Source: Candidatus Undinarchaeota archaeon | Lineage (GTDB): Archaea > SpSt-1190 > JASMDC01 | Assembly (NCBI GenBank): GCA_964519305.1 | Contig: CAZFHY010000018.1 | Span: 24,803 to 88,802 of the forward strand | Length of the DNA: 64,000 nt | Reading direction: 5' to 3' | In this document: in pieces, positions 51,360 to 61,235 of the stretch | Numbering within the stretch: position 1 is the stretch's first letter | How the letters are laid out: every line of letters begins with the position of its first letter | The notes under the pieces: generated by a model | Database searches by the model: none | What the model was told of the DNA's origin: nothing | The model's input: the letters and a program-made list of their open reading frames with translations, nothing else | Program-made: the position numbers and the translations under genes

Positions 51360-52160
51360 ATGACCTACGATGTATCGGAACTCCACAGGCTATGTGACAC
51401 GGCAGCCGAGGCGGCCCGTCTCGCAGGATCCATCATGCGTTCTTCGTTCGAGGGCGATTTCTCGTTCCACGAGAAGAGCTCGTTCAAGGAGCTCGTGTCC
51501 GATGTGGACGTGAGATGCCAGGAGAGTGTCGTGGGGCACGTGCTCGAGGCCTTCCCTGATCACGCCGTCCTTGGCGAGGAGTCGGAGGAGCACTTCGACT
51601 GGCGGATTTGCGATGGGACCGTCTGGATCATCGATCCGATCGATGGTACTACTAACTATGTAAACGGTATCCCGTTCTGCTGTGTGTCCGTAGCGGCCGC
51701 TCGCAAAGGCAAGGTCGTCGCAGGGGCGATCCTAGACCCGTTCCGGGACGAGCTGTTCACCGCCGTACGTACCGATGGAGCACGCCTCAATGGCCAGCCT
51801 ATCCACGTATCGAAGTGCAGGAACCTCGCTGATGGTGTCGTTGCCACGGAGATACACTACGCTCTCCTTCGGAAACGGACCGGCCAGTTCAGCAGGTTCC
51901 CCCGTGTCGGCCGTTCGGTCAGGTCCGTCCGCGTGATGGGCTCAGCAGCGCTGGCCATGGCGTACGTCGCCCGGGGCCGCCTGGACGCTTACTGGACTAC
52001 CAACCTCAGCCCATGGGACACAGCGGCGGCCCAGCTCCTAGTGGAGGAGGCGGGCGGCCGTGTCACAGATATTGGCGGGAACGCGTACTACCCGCGGAAC
52101 GGCCCGGTCCTCGCCTCCAACGGCCGGGTCCATAAGAAACTGCTCGCCATCGTCCACTGA
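51360..52160 (+). CDS. suhB: inositol monophosphatase family (SuhB/FBPase-IMPase)
   Basis: LGEE, WIIDPIDGTTNY, GSAALAMAYVARG and PWDTAAA motifs. Confidence 0.9.
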   Translation: MTYDVSELHRLCDTAAEAARLAGSIMRSSFEGDFSFHEKSSFKELVSDVDVRCQESVVGHVLEAFPDHAVLGEESEEHFDWRICDGTVWIIDPIDGTTNYVNGIPFCCVSVAAARKGKVVAGAILDPFRDELFTAVRTDGARLNGQPIHVSKCRNLADGVVATEIHYALLRKRTGQFSRFPRVGRSVRSVRVMGSAALAMAYVARGRLDAYWTTNLSPWDTAAAQLLVEEAGGRVTDIGGNAYYPRNGPVLASNGRVHKKLLAIVH

Positions 52161-52216
52161 CCGCCCAAGGGAACCTATATAATGGCCTCCCGGAGGCGCG
52201 TTCTTGGTCAATAGCC

Positions 52217-52870
52217 ATGGAGCTCGAGTACACCGGTATCATCCAGACCAGTAACATGATGCTCATGTCGGTGAAGCAGGTGGGCGAGGGGCCCTACCAG
52301 ACCAGCATGAGCATACCGGGCGCCGGTTATTCGTACGAGAGCGCCAGGCCTGCCACGGCCGTGGGCTACTCGGTCGGTGACGAGAAGCACACGATCTCCA
52401 TGGACCCCGGCCGGTTCCTTGAACCCTTCTATGAAAAGGCTACTGTGCGACAGTCCGTCACCGCAGACACCTACGACAAGATGTCTGGCCGTGTCCTTGG
52501 CCCGATCCGCGGTACGCTCGACGTGGAAGCGACAGCTCCTGAAGGTTACGGCGACGGGACGCATATGGAGCTGGACCTGACCCCTGTGATAGAGCTCGCC
52601 CGCGACGATGAGTATGTCGCCCAGCGGCTCGCCGGTCCGTACGCTGATGGTCTGACAGGTCCCGTGCGCTCGCTGCGCTTAGAGGGCACGATCCCCGATG
52701 AGGTCAATGATGCCTACGCTGATGTACTACGCACACAGTCGCCATCGAGCGTCGAGACGCTCATAGAGACCCTCGACCTCCACAGGGGCAGCATCGCCCT
52801 CTCCGGACTCCACCTCGAGTGGGAGGAGCAGGGGGACGCGTCGAGCATCGGATTCCAGCCCGAGAAATGA
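52217..52870 (+). CDS. hypothetical protein, tandem paralogue 1
   Basis: MELEYTGII...LEWEEQGD.S.IGF shared with the next gene; TATATAA upstream. Confidence 0.8.
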   Translation: MELEYTGIIQTSNMMLMSVKQVGEGPYQTSMSIPGAGYSYESARPATAVGYSVGDEKHTISMDPGRFLEPFYEKATVRQSVTADTYDKMSGRVLGPIRGTLDVEATAPEGYGDGTHMELDLTPVIELARDDEYVAQRLAGPYADGLTGPVRSLRLEGTIPDEVNDAYADVLRTQSPSSVETLIETLDLHRGSIALSGLHLEWEEQGDASSIGFQPEK

Positions 52871-52971
52871 GGTGGTCTGCTCCGCCCGTCCGGGTACGGG
52901 ATGGTCCATCCGCACCCAAGACAACCTTTAAAATGCGGACATCGAGGCGCCCTTTCCATAGGTGAAAACCA

Positions 52972-53589
52972 ATGGAGCTCGAATACACAGGCATCATCCG
53001 TGACGATAGCATGATCCTCATGGGCGTACGCCAGAACGGCGAAGGCCCTTACGAGACCAGCATGACCATCCCCGGGATGTGCAAGGAATACTCGTCTGAC
53101 AAGCAGCTCACCTGCGTATCCTACACCACCGGTGGCGAGGACAAGCAGCTCAGAGTAGCCCTCGACGAGATCCCAGGGGAGTACGACAAGATGACCATGC
53201 GCCACGAGGTTGAGGTGGCCAAGTACGAAACATCCGGTAAGATGAGCGGTCCCGTGAACGGCACCGTGGACATCACCACGGACCTCGAGGCCGACGCGGC
53301 CTCGCTCTACACCCTGGACCTCATGCCCATCCGCGACTACGCGTTAGGCATGGTCGGACCGGACGAGGGCGTTCCCTCCATCACCGCATACACGGTCGAG
53401 GGGCAGTTCACCGACGAGGTCGTGAGCGCGTACGAGGCCTTCCTGGCCGACAGGAACGAGACCACCTTCGAGGGTTTCGTTCGCCAGAGCATGCTCGACG
53501 AGGAAAACACCAGGGCATCCCGCATCCACCTCGAGTGGGAGGAACAGGGCGACATCTCGCCCATCGGCTTCGGCCCTCTGCACGAGTAA
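52972..53589 (+). CDS. hypothetical protein, tandem paralogue 2
   Basis: Same terminal motifs; own TTTAAA box and AGGTGA SD. Confidence 0.8.
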   Translation: MELEYTGIIRDDSMILMGVRQNGEGPYETSMTIPGMCKEYSSDKQLTCVSYTTGGEDKQLRVALDEIPGEYDKMTMRHEVEVAKYETSGKMSGPVNGTVDITTDLEADAASLYTLDLMPIRDYALGMVGPDEGVPSITAYTVEGQFTDEVVSAYEAFLADRNETTFEGFVRQSMLDEENTRASRIHLEWEEQGDISPIGFGPLHE

Positions 53590-53609
53590 AGGCTACGGCC
53601 GATACGGAT

Positions 53610-53661
53610 TGTGAAGGGCGTCCCTGAGCGCTAAGGGGCGCCCATTCACACCTTTTTTTTT
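53610..53661 (+). terminator. long hairpin plus T9 terminator
   Basis: TGTGAAGGGCGTCCCT...AGGGGCGCCCATTCACA followed by a T-run. Confidence 0.65.
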
Positions 53662-53728
53662 CTATCTAACTAACGTGGATAGCGCTTTCTGCTGAGAGTG
53701 CTAATGCAAACGACTTAATGTCCGACGA

Positions 53729-56700
53729 TCACGTCGTCTCCGAGATCTCGGAGTAGAAGTCCGAGAGCCTTTCGGGGAGATTGTCCACGTTGTCGAGCAC
53801 GCAGTAGTTACCGTGCCCGAACATGGTCTCCAGGTACTCGCCGCCACGGCTGTCGATTGCCATGGCGTAGGACTGGATGCCCATGTTGTGGCCCTCCTCG
53901 ATGGCCTTGCGGATGTCGTTGAACACGTAATCCTTGCCCTGCTTGTTGGGCGAGTCGCTGTAGTCGTTGGGCTCGCCGTCGGTGAGGTAGAGGAATATCT
54001 TGGTGCGGGCGTCGGTCTGGTCGAGCTGGGCCATGGCGTGGCGCATGGCGGGGCCCATCTTGGTCATCGAACCGGGCTGCATGCCCTCGATGCGTCCGTG
54101 GGTGATCCCGTTGTACTCCTCGTCGAAGGACTTGACGCGGTAGACGCGGACGTCGTCCTTGCCCGAGGTGTCGAACCCGTAGATGGAGAACTGGTCTCCG
54201 AGGTTCTCGAGCGCCTCGCTCATGAGTATCATGGATTCCTTCGACTTCTTGATGATGTTGCCGTAGGTGGAACCGCTCTGGTCGACAAGGATGCACACGG
54301 CCACGTCGCGGCCCTGCTTCCTCGACTCCTCGAAGATCTTGTCGTCCATGCCGTGGCCCGTGGCCCGCTTGTCGCCCCACGCGTCGGTGTAGGCGTCCAT
54401 GTCCACGTCGGATCCCTCGGGGAGACGGCGCTCCTTCTCGAGGTGGGCCGGCTTGAGCTCGGACATGGTGTCGATGATCTGGCGCCTGATAGAGTCCATG
54501 TCCCTGATGGTGGTCTGATAGAACTCGGTGGAGGCCTTCTCGCGGATGATCTCTTTTACGGTGCAGAACTCATAGAGGTAGTCGTTGAGGGTGGAATCCC
54601 ACTCGTCGTACTTGAACTCCTCGATGACCTCGTTGCGGTCCGTCGGGTCGCCGCCACCGCCCTGGTCGGGATCGGGGGGCGCATCGCTGCCGCCCTGCGG
54701 CTGACCGCCGCCGCCCTGCTGCTGGTCGTCACCGTCGCCGTCCTGCTGGTCATCGCCCTGGTCGTCGCCGTCGCCACCGCCGCCGCCGTTCTGGTCGTCG
54801 CCCTCGTCGTCTCCGGACTCTCCGCCGCCGCCCTGGCCATCCTGTGGCTCGCCGTCGCCGGATTGTCCTCCGCCCTCGCCCTCCTGTGGCTCGCCGTCGC
54901 CGCCGTGGTCGCCCACGTCGTCTCCCGGCTGCTGGTCCTGAGGCTCGGTGAGCTGAGGGAATAGGTTTGTGACTATGTCGTAGACCTTGCGCGTGGCACC
55001 CCAGGTGCCGTACACGTCGCTGGGCTCGGCCTCGGTCTTGTAGATGTCGTAGCACTCGTCGAAGGGTGCCTGGTACTGGGGATCGATCGGGGTGATGGTC
55101 GTGCCCATCTTGACCTTCTGGAGGAGCGCGGACATGAACTGCTGCCCCGGGTCCATCGCTTCAGGTCCCTCGAGCGGCTTCATGATGTACGCTGCGTTGG
55201 TGAGGTCCAGCTCCTCGGCTATGAGGCCTCCGTACTCGTCGCGGAGGTTGTGTTCGATACGACCGTCCTCGAGCATGTTCCAGATGTGCTTGGCCAGGCC
55301 CTGCTTCTCGTACTCCTTCACGGCTTCCTTGATCTCGACTGCAAAGGAGTCGTACTTGATGTGGGACATCTCGTGGTCCATGAGGCCCCAGTAGAGCATG
55401 CGGTTCTGGTCGTTGTCCGTGTACTTGTCCACACGCTTGGGGATGAAGATGGTCTTGTTATCGGTATAGGCGATAGCGCTGCCCTTGACGATGTCAACGC
55501 CCACGGGCTTCTCGAGGATGCCGCCCACCCACTTGCCCGCAGGACCCTGGATGTCCTCGAAGGCCACGTAGTGGTACTTCTCCTTGAGATCGTCCATGAA
55601 GCCGCGGGTGAGCCCGAGCTTGAAGAACTTCTCAGCGGCCGATACGCCCTGCTCCTTGTAGACGTCCAGGCCCTTCTCGGCCCAGTCCTGGAGGACACGG
55701 CCGTCGAACTCCTTGAGGATTACCCCGAAGTTCTCGATGAAGGCCTTGGCGAGCTTCGTGTCGACAGCCTCCACCTTCTGCTCGGCCTGGTAGACCGCAG
55801 CGAGCTGCTGGGGGTCCTTGACGGACTCCATGGAAGTGATCGTGTTGTTGAGGTAGTTGCGCATCTCCGAGCTGTAGTCCTCGGAGAGCTTCTCGCCCAG
55901 TCCCAGCACGAAGTCCTTGATCATATCTGGGAACTTGGAGAGGCGCCCGAGCTCCTTGAGGTCGTCGATGGCCGCTGACTTGTTGCGCTCGAAGATGGTG
56001 GCATGGTAGTCGAAGAACCGGTCACGGTCCTCGGGCTTGACAGAGCGGAAGAACGTCTCGGTGTTCTTGAGAAGGTCCTCCTTGGTGCTCCTGGAGGTGG
56101 AACTGTCCAGCTCGCCCTTCCAGGTGAGGTAGTCGGGCGCCGACATCTCGGCGAGGAAGGGGATCGAACGCACGAAGGCGCCGTAGGTAGCGACGTCGAT
56201 GGCGTTCGAGTAGGAGTAGTAACCATACCCGGAGCCGGTGCTGGAGAAGTCGTCGTCGTTGATGGTGGTACCCTCGCGGACGAACTGCTTGAGCGTGCGG
56301 TCGTTCAGTTTCTCCAGAGCGCGACCGTTCTCAAGGATAGCTCGTGCGAAGCTGGCACGCTTCTTCTCGGTGGCCATGGTGGCCATCTCGAACAGGCGCC
56401 CCTTGTCGGTCACCTTCTCCAGGAGCTTGGCATCCATGTGGTAAGGCGCGTACTCGTCCTTGCTGGAGACCTCGTTGAGCTTGTAGGCGAGAGTGTTGAG
56501 GGTGTCGAGCTCTTCCTTTTCGAGGAAGGGGGTGAAAGTAGCGGCCTTGGTAACAACCGTCTCTACGAGCTTCTCGTTAGCCTTCCTGCTGATACCATCC
56601 ACGGCGTGGAGGTACTTGTCCTGTCCCTCCTGTTCGAGAGCAGCGAGCTCGTCACGGGTTTTGTAGAGGACGGCCTTACGGGCATCGTCCGTGGTGAGCC

Positions 56701-58438
56701 TGAGAGCGATATCCTTCCAGACCTCGAACGCGTCGGGTCTGAGGAGGTTGGTGATCCCACCGGTGTGGGCGAAGTAGCGCTCGCCGACATAGCTGTCACC
56801 TGCGAGGCGCTTGTCCATGAGCTCCTTGCCGAAGGCCGCCCAGGCCTCGAGTTTCTCGTAGCCCTGCTCGGGATCGTACTGCTCCTGCAGCTGGTTGAAG
56901 AACTCGGCTGAAGCGAGCTTGTCCGTCTCCGCGAGCTCACGGGTGAGCTCGAAGGCCTTGGTGGTGCTCTTGCCCTCGAGGGTCGGTAGCACCTTCTTGG
57001 AGTTGTCGAAGAACTTTAGGGCTGCAGGATCGCCAGCGTAAGTGTTGGCGGTCTTCACCCAGTCGAACATGAATGGTTGACCGAGCTGATCGATGAGCTC
57101 CTTGGTCCGGTCGAAGTACTTGGGCTTGAGCTGGTCGTCCAGTCCCTTGCCAACGGCGATCCACTTCCGCACGTCCTTGAGGGAGCGGTCCTTGAAGTAG
57201 TCGTGGCTTGAGAGGACCTCCTTTGCGGCATCACCCTCGCCCTCCTCCACGGCATGATCGACCATGCGGAAGAGCTTACCCCGCTTGTGCCCGTCGTAGG
57301 AGCGGACAAAGGTCTGCGTCCTGTCGAGCACACGGTCGGCGACGTCGGTGTCCTTCTCTGCGATGCGGTTGGCCATCTCGCCGATCTGGGTGATCGTCTT
57401 GGCGTTGGCGTCGCTCAGGGACGTCTTGGTCTTGTCTACGAACTTCGCCGGGTCGTAGTATGATGCCCCGACCTCTGCCCAGGCGTTGAGGGTAGATGCC
57501 TTGGCCTCCTCTATATATTGGCCGGCCTTGTAGGTAGCAGCGCCCATGGCCTCGTTCTGCTGGGCCACGTCCTTGACGATACCAAGGACCTTATCGCGGT
57601 CCTTGACCTGCCTGAGCACGGAGTACGAGTCGTCGAAGTATCGCTTTCGCACCTCCGGGTCGGAGAACGAGTCAGCGGTCTCCTCCCAGGCAGCGACGGT
57701 CGCGGCCTCCTCGACCACGCTCCGGACATCGCCGGAAGCGTTCATGAAGGAGTAGGCCAGCGGCTTGCTGTCCTGGTAGTAAGACTCCATGCCCTCGATG
57801 ACGTGCTCACGCACGTCCTCGTCGAGGCGCTTGAATGTATTGGCGGCCTTGGTGAAGAACTGGCTGCGAGCAAGCTTGAACGAGCCATCATCGTAATCCT
57901 TGCCCATGGCGTAGATCCTGTCGTTCTGCTCATCGCTGAGGTTGCTGAACAGGTCGTCAGCGTTTGTGAAGTAGGACTTACCATCAGCTGGCTTGTCGGC
58001 AGCGAGCTCCGCGGCCCGACCGAAGACTGTGACGTACGAGTCAGGGTCCACCTTGTCCACGAACGAGTCGATGGATTTGGCCATCGTCGATACATCGGAC
58101 TTGTCCACGGTGGAGATGAAGGACGCGAGCTCGCGGTGGGCGGGTGCGAGCTGTTCACCCCGCTCGGCGAACTTCGTCCACATATCAGTGAAGTTCGAGA
58201 CCTGGTAGCTGTAGTCAGGCTTCTCCATGAACTCAAGGAGCTTGTCCCGTGCCTCGCTGTCGTCGAAGTGGGTGAACACGTCCTTGGTCTTGTCGATGAA
58301 CTTCTCCGCGTTCCACCGGTTGAGCCGCTCGAGCTTGTCCGCGACAGCGTTCCATTTGGTGAGCTGTTCGTCGGAGAGCCCCAATTCGGAGAGGTCGGGG
58401 CGTGCGAGCGGTTCCGTGGTGGTGGCGGAGGTATCCAT
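53729..58438 (-). CDS. giant CbbO/NorD-like VWA protein (helical repeats, HExxH domain, acidic linker, VWA), 1569 aa
   Basis: MIDAS DQSGS plus T and TDGEP; 'AYTD..TIFIP', DHEMSH and 'NMLEDGRIE'; about 900 aa of roughly 35-aa helical repeats. Confidence 0.85.
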   Translation of the reverse strand: MDTSATTTEPLARPDLSELGLSDEQLTKWNAVADKLERLNRWNAEKFIDKTKDVFTHFDDSEARDKLLEFMEKPDYSYQVSNFTDMWTKFAERGEQLAPAHRELASFISTVDKSDVSTMAKSIDSFVDKVDPDSYVTVFGRAAELAADKPADGKSYFTNADDLFSNLSDEQNDRIYAMGKDYDDGSFKLARSQFFTKAANTFKRLDEDVREHVIEGMESYYQDSKPLAYSFMNASGDVRSVVEEAATVAAWEETADSFSDPEVRKRYFDDSYSVLRQVKDRDKVLGIVKDVAQQNEAMGAATYKAGQYIEEAKASTLNAWAEVGASYYDPAKFVDKTKTSLSDANAKTITQIGEMANRIAEKDTDVADRVLDRTQTFVRSYDGHKRGKLFRMVDHAVEEGEGDAAKEVLSSHDYFKDRSLKDVRKWIAVGKGLDDQLKPKYFDRTKELIDQLGQPFMFDWVKTANTYAGDPAALKFFDNSKKVLPTLEGKSTTKAFELTRELAETDKLASAEFFNQLQEQYDPEQGYEKLEAWAAFGKELMDKRLAGDSYVGERYFAHTGGITNLLRPDAFEVWKDIALRLTTDDARKAVLYKTRDELAALEQEGQDKYLHAVDGISRKANEKLVETVVTKAATFTPFLEKEELDTLNTLAYKLNEVSSKDEYAPYHMDAKLLEKVTDKGRLFEMATMATEKKRASFARAILENGRALEKLNDRTLKQFVREGTTINDDDFSSTGSGYGYYSYSNAIDVATYGAFVRSIPFLAEMSAPDYLTWKGELDSSTSRSTKEDLLKNTETFFRSVKPEDRDRFFDYHATIFERNKSAAIDDLKELGRLSKFPDMIKDFVLGLGEKLSEDYSSEMRNYLNNTITSMESVKDPQQLAAVYQAEQKVEAVDTKLAKAFIENFGVILKEFDGRVLQDWAEKGLDVYKEQGVSAAEKFFKLGLTRGFMDDLKEKYHYVAFEDIQGPAGKWVGGILEKPVGVDIVKGSAIAYTDNKTIFIPKRVDKYTDNDQNRMLYWGLMDHEMSHIKYDSFAVEIKEAVKEYEKQGLAKHIWNMLEDGRIEHNLRDEYGGLIAEELDLTNAAYIMKPLEGPEAMDPGQQFMSALLQKVKMGTTITPIDPQYQAPFDECYDIYKTEAEPSDVYGTWGATRKVYDIVTNLFPQLTEPQDQQPGDDVGDHGGDGEPQEGEGGGQSGDGEPQDGQGGGGESGDDEGDDQNGGGGGDGDDQGDDQQDGDGDDQQQGGGGQPQGGSDAPPDPDQGGGGDPTDRNEVIEEFKYDEWDSTLNDYLYEFCTVKEIIREKASTEFYQTTIRDMDSIRRQIIDTMSELKPAHLEKERRLPEGSDVDMDAYTDAWGDKRATGHGMDDKIFEESRKQGRDVAVCILVDQSGSTYGNIIKKSKESMILMSEALENLGDQFSIYGFDTSGKDDVRVYRVKSFDEEYNGITHGRIEGMQPGSMTKMGPAMRHAMAQLDQTDARTKIFLYLTDGEPNDYSDSPNKQGKDYVFNDIRKAIEEGHNMGIQSYAMAIDSRGGEYLETMFGHGNYCVLDNVDNLPERLSDFYSEISETT
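54645..54945 (-). repeat. low-complexity G/D/Q acidic linker in the VWA protein
   Basis: GDGEPQ and GDDQ units with poly-Gly runs. Confidence 0.7.
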
Positions 58439-58465
58439 CGTCAGACCTGTGTCGTGCTCGGTTCC

Positions 58466-59575
58466 TTACTGGGTCTGAGCGACCATCTCTTCGGCCAGCT
58501 CTTCCTGGGCGACCTCGCCGCGGTTGTACTGCCCTTCGATGACGTCCACTTGCCGCATGATCGCCTCGCGCACGTCGGTGTAGTCGGGCAGCGGCTCCGT
58601 GATGACGCTGACGATGCCCATCTGGCACGCGTCGTGGAAGGTGTAGCCCTGGTCCATGAGTTCGGCCGTAGCGATGAGGGTGCGGGTACCAGCCCCCTCT
58701 TTCAGCTCCTTCATCTTGCGTGTGAACACACCGATCTCGACGAGCATCTGGGACTCCTTCATGTCAACGTTGCCTTCGTGGGCGACGATCTGGGTCTCGA
58801 GCTCGGCCTGAGGTGACTTCATATCGCGAGCATAGTCGATGTCTACGGCCATGAAGCGCTGCTGTAGCGAGGGTTTTAGCTGGGTGCGCTGGTAGCCGGG
58901 ATTGTAAGCTGAGACGAAGTAGAAGTCGTCAGCGGCGTGCACGATCTCTCCACCTTTCTTCTCCAGGGTGATCTTGCGCTGGTGGTCGGTGGCCTCGTTG
59001 ACCTTAGAGAGCACGTCCTTGCGCGCCTCGGCGATCTCGTCCAGGTAGAACACGCCACCGTGTCGCGCGGCCAGGGTCAGCGGACCATCCTGCCACTTGA
59101 TCTCATCGCCCTTTACGATGTAGCGACCGATGAGGTCGTTGGACGACAGGTCCTCATTCCCGATAGCATAGAACATGGGCTGACCCGTCTTGTAACAGAA
59201 GTGCTCGATAAGACGTGTCTTGCCGCACCCGGTAGGTCCCTTGAGCATCATTGGCTTCTTGGACGCATATGCGTCCATGAGCACGTCGAGCTCGTTCACA
59301 TCGACCTGGTTTCCGTCCACTACCTTGTGGTATGCGTTGACCGGCAGGTAGTACGGCTCCTTGGTGATCTTGTAATCGTCGATGTTGACCTCGTCCGGTG
59401 TCCCAAGATTGAGGTCGACCTCTTCTCCGGTGTCCAGGTACTTTGCGTGCACCTCGTTGGACCCGTTGTCGATACCCTCGATCTTCAACTCTCGTGCCCT
59501 ACCGGTGTTCTCGTCATAGATTTTGAGAGTCTCACCGACAGGGATAGTGATATCCTCGCTGATTTCTCCGTACAT
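58466..59575 (-). CDS. CbbQ/NirQ/NorQ-type MoxR AAA+ ATPase with an extra N-terminal domain
   Basis: 'KEPYYLP', Walker A GPTGCGKT, 'DLIGRY...WQDGPLT.A', Walker B YLDE, 'YNPGYQ...LKPSLQQRF'. Confidence 0.9.
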   Translation of the reverse strand: MYGEISEDITIPVGETLKIYDENTGRARELKIEGIDNGSNEVHAKYLDTGEEVDLNLGTPDEVNIDDYKITKEPYYLPVNAYHKVVDGNQVDVNELDVLMDAYASKKPMMLKGPTGCGKTRLIEHFCYKTGQPMFYAIGNEDLSSNDLIGRYIVKGDEIKWQDGPLTLAARHGGVFYLDEIAEARKDVLSKVNEATDHQRKITLEKKGGEIVHAADDFYFVSAYNPGYQRTQLKPSLQQRFMAVDIDYARDMKSPQAELETQIVAHEGNVDMKESQMLVEIGVFTRKMKELKEGAGTRTLIATAELMDQGYTFHDACQMGIVSVITEPLPDYTDVREAIMRQVDVIEGQYNRGEVAQEELAEEMVAQTQ

Positions 59576-59752
59576 CGTCAGTACCCCACCTTCCCTAGTT
59601 GATAGGGAGGGTAGCCGTCTCTGGCCCGGTTGTCGACTTATAAACTTTCCCTTTCGTTGTCCCTCCGAAGGTACGAATATCGTATCCATTTTGGGTCCGG
59701 GCGGCCGGGCGTCATCCCTATAAAGCTAGACGGTCCTCTGGTCCTGAGCACC

Positions 59753-61048
59753 ATGCCCACTGTACTCGTGCTCTGTTTCGACAGCCAGGTGCGTCTCCTT
59801 AGGGATTTCTTCGAGCATGATGACACCTATGACGTGATCATCGATCCGAAGTCAGCAGTTGAGCGCGATGGTGTGGGGGCCTACGTCGAGCGGGTCGCAC
59901 AGAAGATACGGTCGGGGCAGCTTCAGGTCGACGGTATCGCGGCCACGACCGAGGACCTGGCGTTCGTGGCGTCCGTCATCGCAAGTAAGGCGGGCCTGGC
60001 TGGACCCACTCCTGACGCGGTGTTCGCCTGCCAGAACAAGCTCCTGCAACGGAATCTCCAACGTGAGTGCGCTCCTGAGGCCACACCGGACTTCTTCCTG
60101 GCGCGCGACTGGCTCGCCGGCGAGGTCCCGGGCGTGCGGTTCCCGCTCTTCGTCAAGCCGGTGACCTCGGCGCTATCCTTCTACTCCCATCAGGCCGAGG
60201 ATACGAGCGAGCTCAGGCGGATCATACGCGAGGGGCACGATATCGTTCCTTCGGGCAACCGGCTCACTGCCGAGGTCATCGAGCTCGGCTACATCGACCA
60301 TCCGTGGGCACCCCTTCATAATGAACTGTTATGTGAGCGCGTGGTCACTGGGACACAGGTCACTGTGGACGGCTATGTGCAGGGGGGACGGGTCGTCCTT
60401 CTGGGGACGACCCTATCTGTGTTCGTCCCGGGGACGATCAGCTTCTCCCGTTTCGACTTCCCCCATCGGTTCGGCCCGGAGATTGACTCACGGATCACCG
60501 ATGTCGTCCGGCGAGTGGTGGGTCACATAGGCTTGGATGACACCCTGTTCAACATGGAGCTCATGGTGGACGAGGAAACGGGTGGGATCAAGATCATCGA
60601 GCTCAATACCCGGCTATCGTTCCAGTTCGTCCCCCTCATCGAGTGGGTGCGTGGAATAAGCCCTCTCCGTATCATGTGCGACATCGCCGTGGGGCGGGAT
60701 ACGGAAGGAGTGGCCACGGAAGGGGCCGGCCCATTTTCTATAGCGAGCTCATGCGTCCTCCGCACCCGTGAGGACCAATGGGTGCTCGATGTACCCTCAT
60801 CAGAGGACGTGGCGGACATCGAGGCGGAGCGCTCCAATGTGCGCGTCTTTCCCGTGGTGGCAACGGGAACGCGTCTTTCGGACTACCGGCAGGACCCACA
60901 TACCTTTAGATACTGCCTGGTGGATATAGCTGGCGAGGACCTCGAAGAGATCGCCAGCACACTACCTGTCGTGAAGGACCGGCTTGGATTCCGGTTCGCG
61001 CCGGTTCAGCAATCCCCTGCCTTACCGATCAAGAAAGAAAAAAGGTAG
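59753..61048 (+). CDS. ATP-grasp domain protein (peptide/amide ligase-like)
   Basis: CQNK, FPLFVKP, CERVVTG.QVTVDG, FNMEL and IIELNTR motifs. Confidence 0.85.
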   Translation: MPTVLVLCFDSQVRLLRDFFEHDDTYDVIIDPKSAVERDGVGAYVERVAQKIRSGQLQVDGIAATTEDLAFVASVIASKAGLAGPTPDAVFACQNKLLQRNLQRECAPEATPDFFLARDWLAGEVPGVRFPLFVKPVTSALSFYSHQAEDTSELRRIIREGHDIVPSGNRLTAEVIELGYIDHPWAPLHNELLCERVVTGTQVTVDGYVQGGRVVLLGTTLSVFVPGTISFSRFDFPHRFGPEIDSRITDVVRRVVGHIGLDDTLFNMELMVDEETGGIKIIELNTRLSFQFVPLIEWVRGISPLRIMCDIAVGRDTEGVATEGAGPFSIASSCVLRTREDQWVLDVPSSEDVADIEAERSNVRVFPVVATGTRLSDYRQDPHTFRYCLVDIAGEDLEEIASTLPVVKDRLGFRFAPVQQSPALPIKKEKR

Positions 61049-61140
61049 TGGGGTCCGGCAAAGCCGGACCCCGGGGGGAAGGAAATCCAAAAAGCATCAC
61101 ACGATTGCCGCCAATTCTCGCCTCGCTGCCACCCCCGCAT
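61031..61140 (-). ncRNA. candidate small RNA, copy 2
   Basis: Own BRE/TATA (GAAAAAGCCATTATA, 61168-61182); core ATGCTTTTTGGATTTCCTTCCCCCC, perfect stem GGGGTCCGGC/GCCGGACCCC and U-tract. 5' end inferred. Confidence 0.5.
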
Positions 61141-61235
61141 TACCGAGAGTACCACTCCTTTACGAGATATAATGGCTTTTTCTAAAGATAACCATTATGA
61201 AAAGAATCCTGAAAAACATTGAAAACTTAACGTTG

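Noticed and set aside
54645-54945. Repetitive DNA as a possible CRISPR or VNTR array
   Set aside because: It is the in-frame low-complexity linker of the VWA protein. No repeat-spacer structure was seen anywhere in the window.
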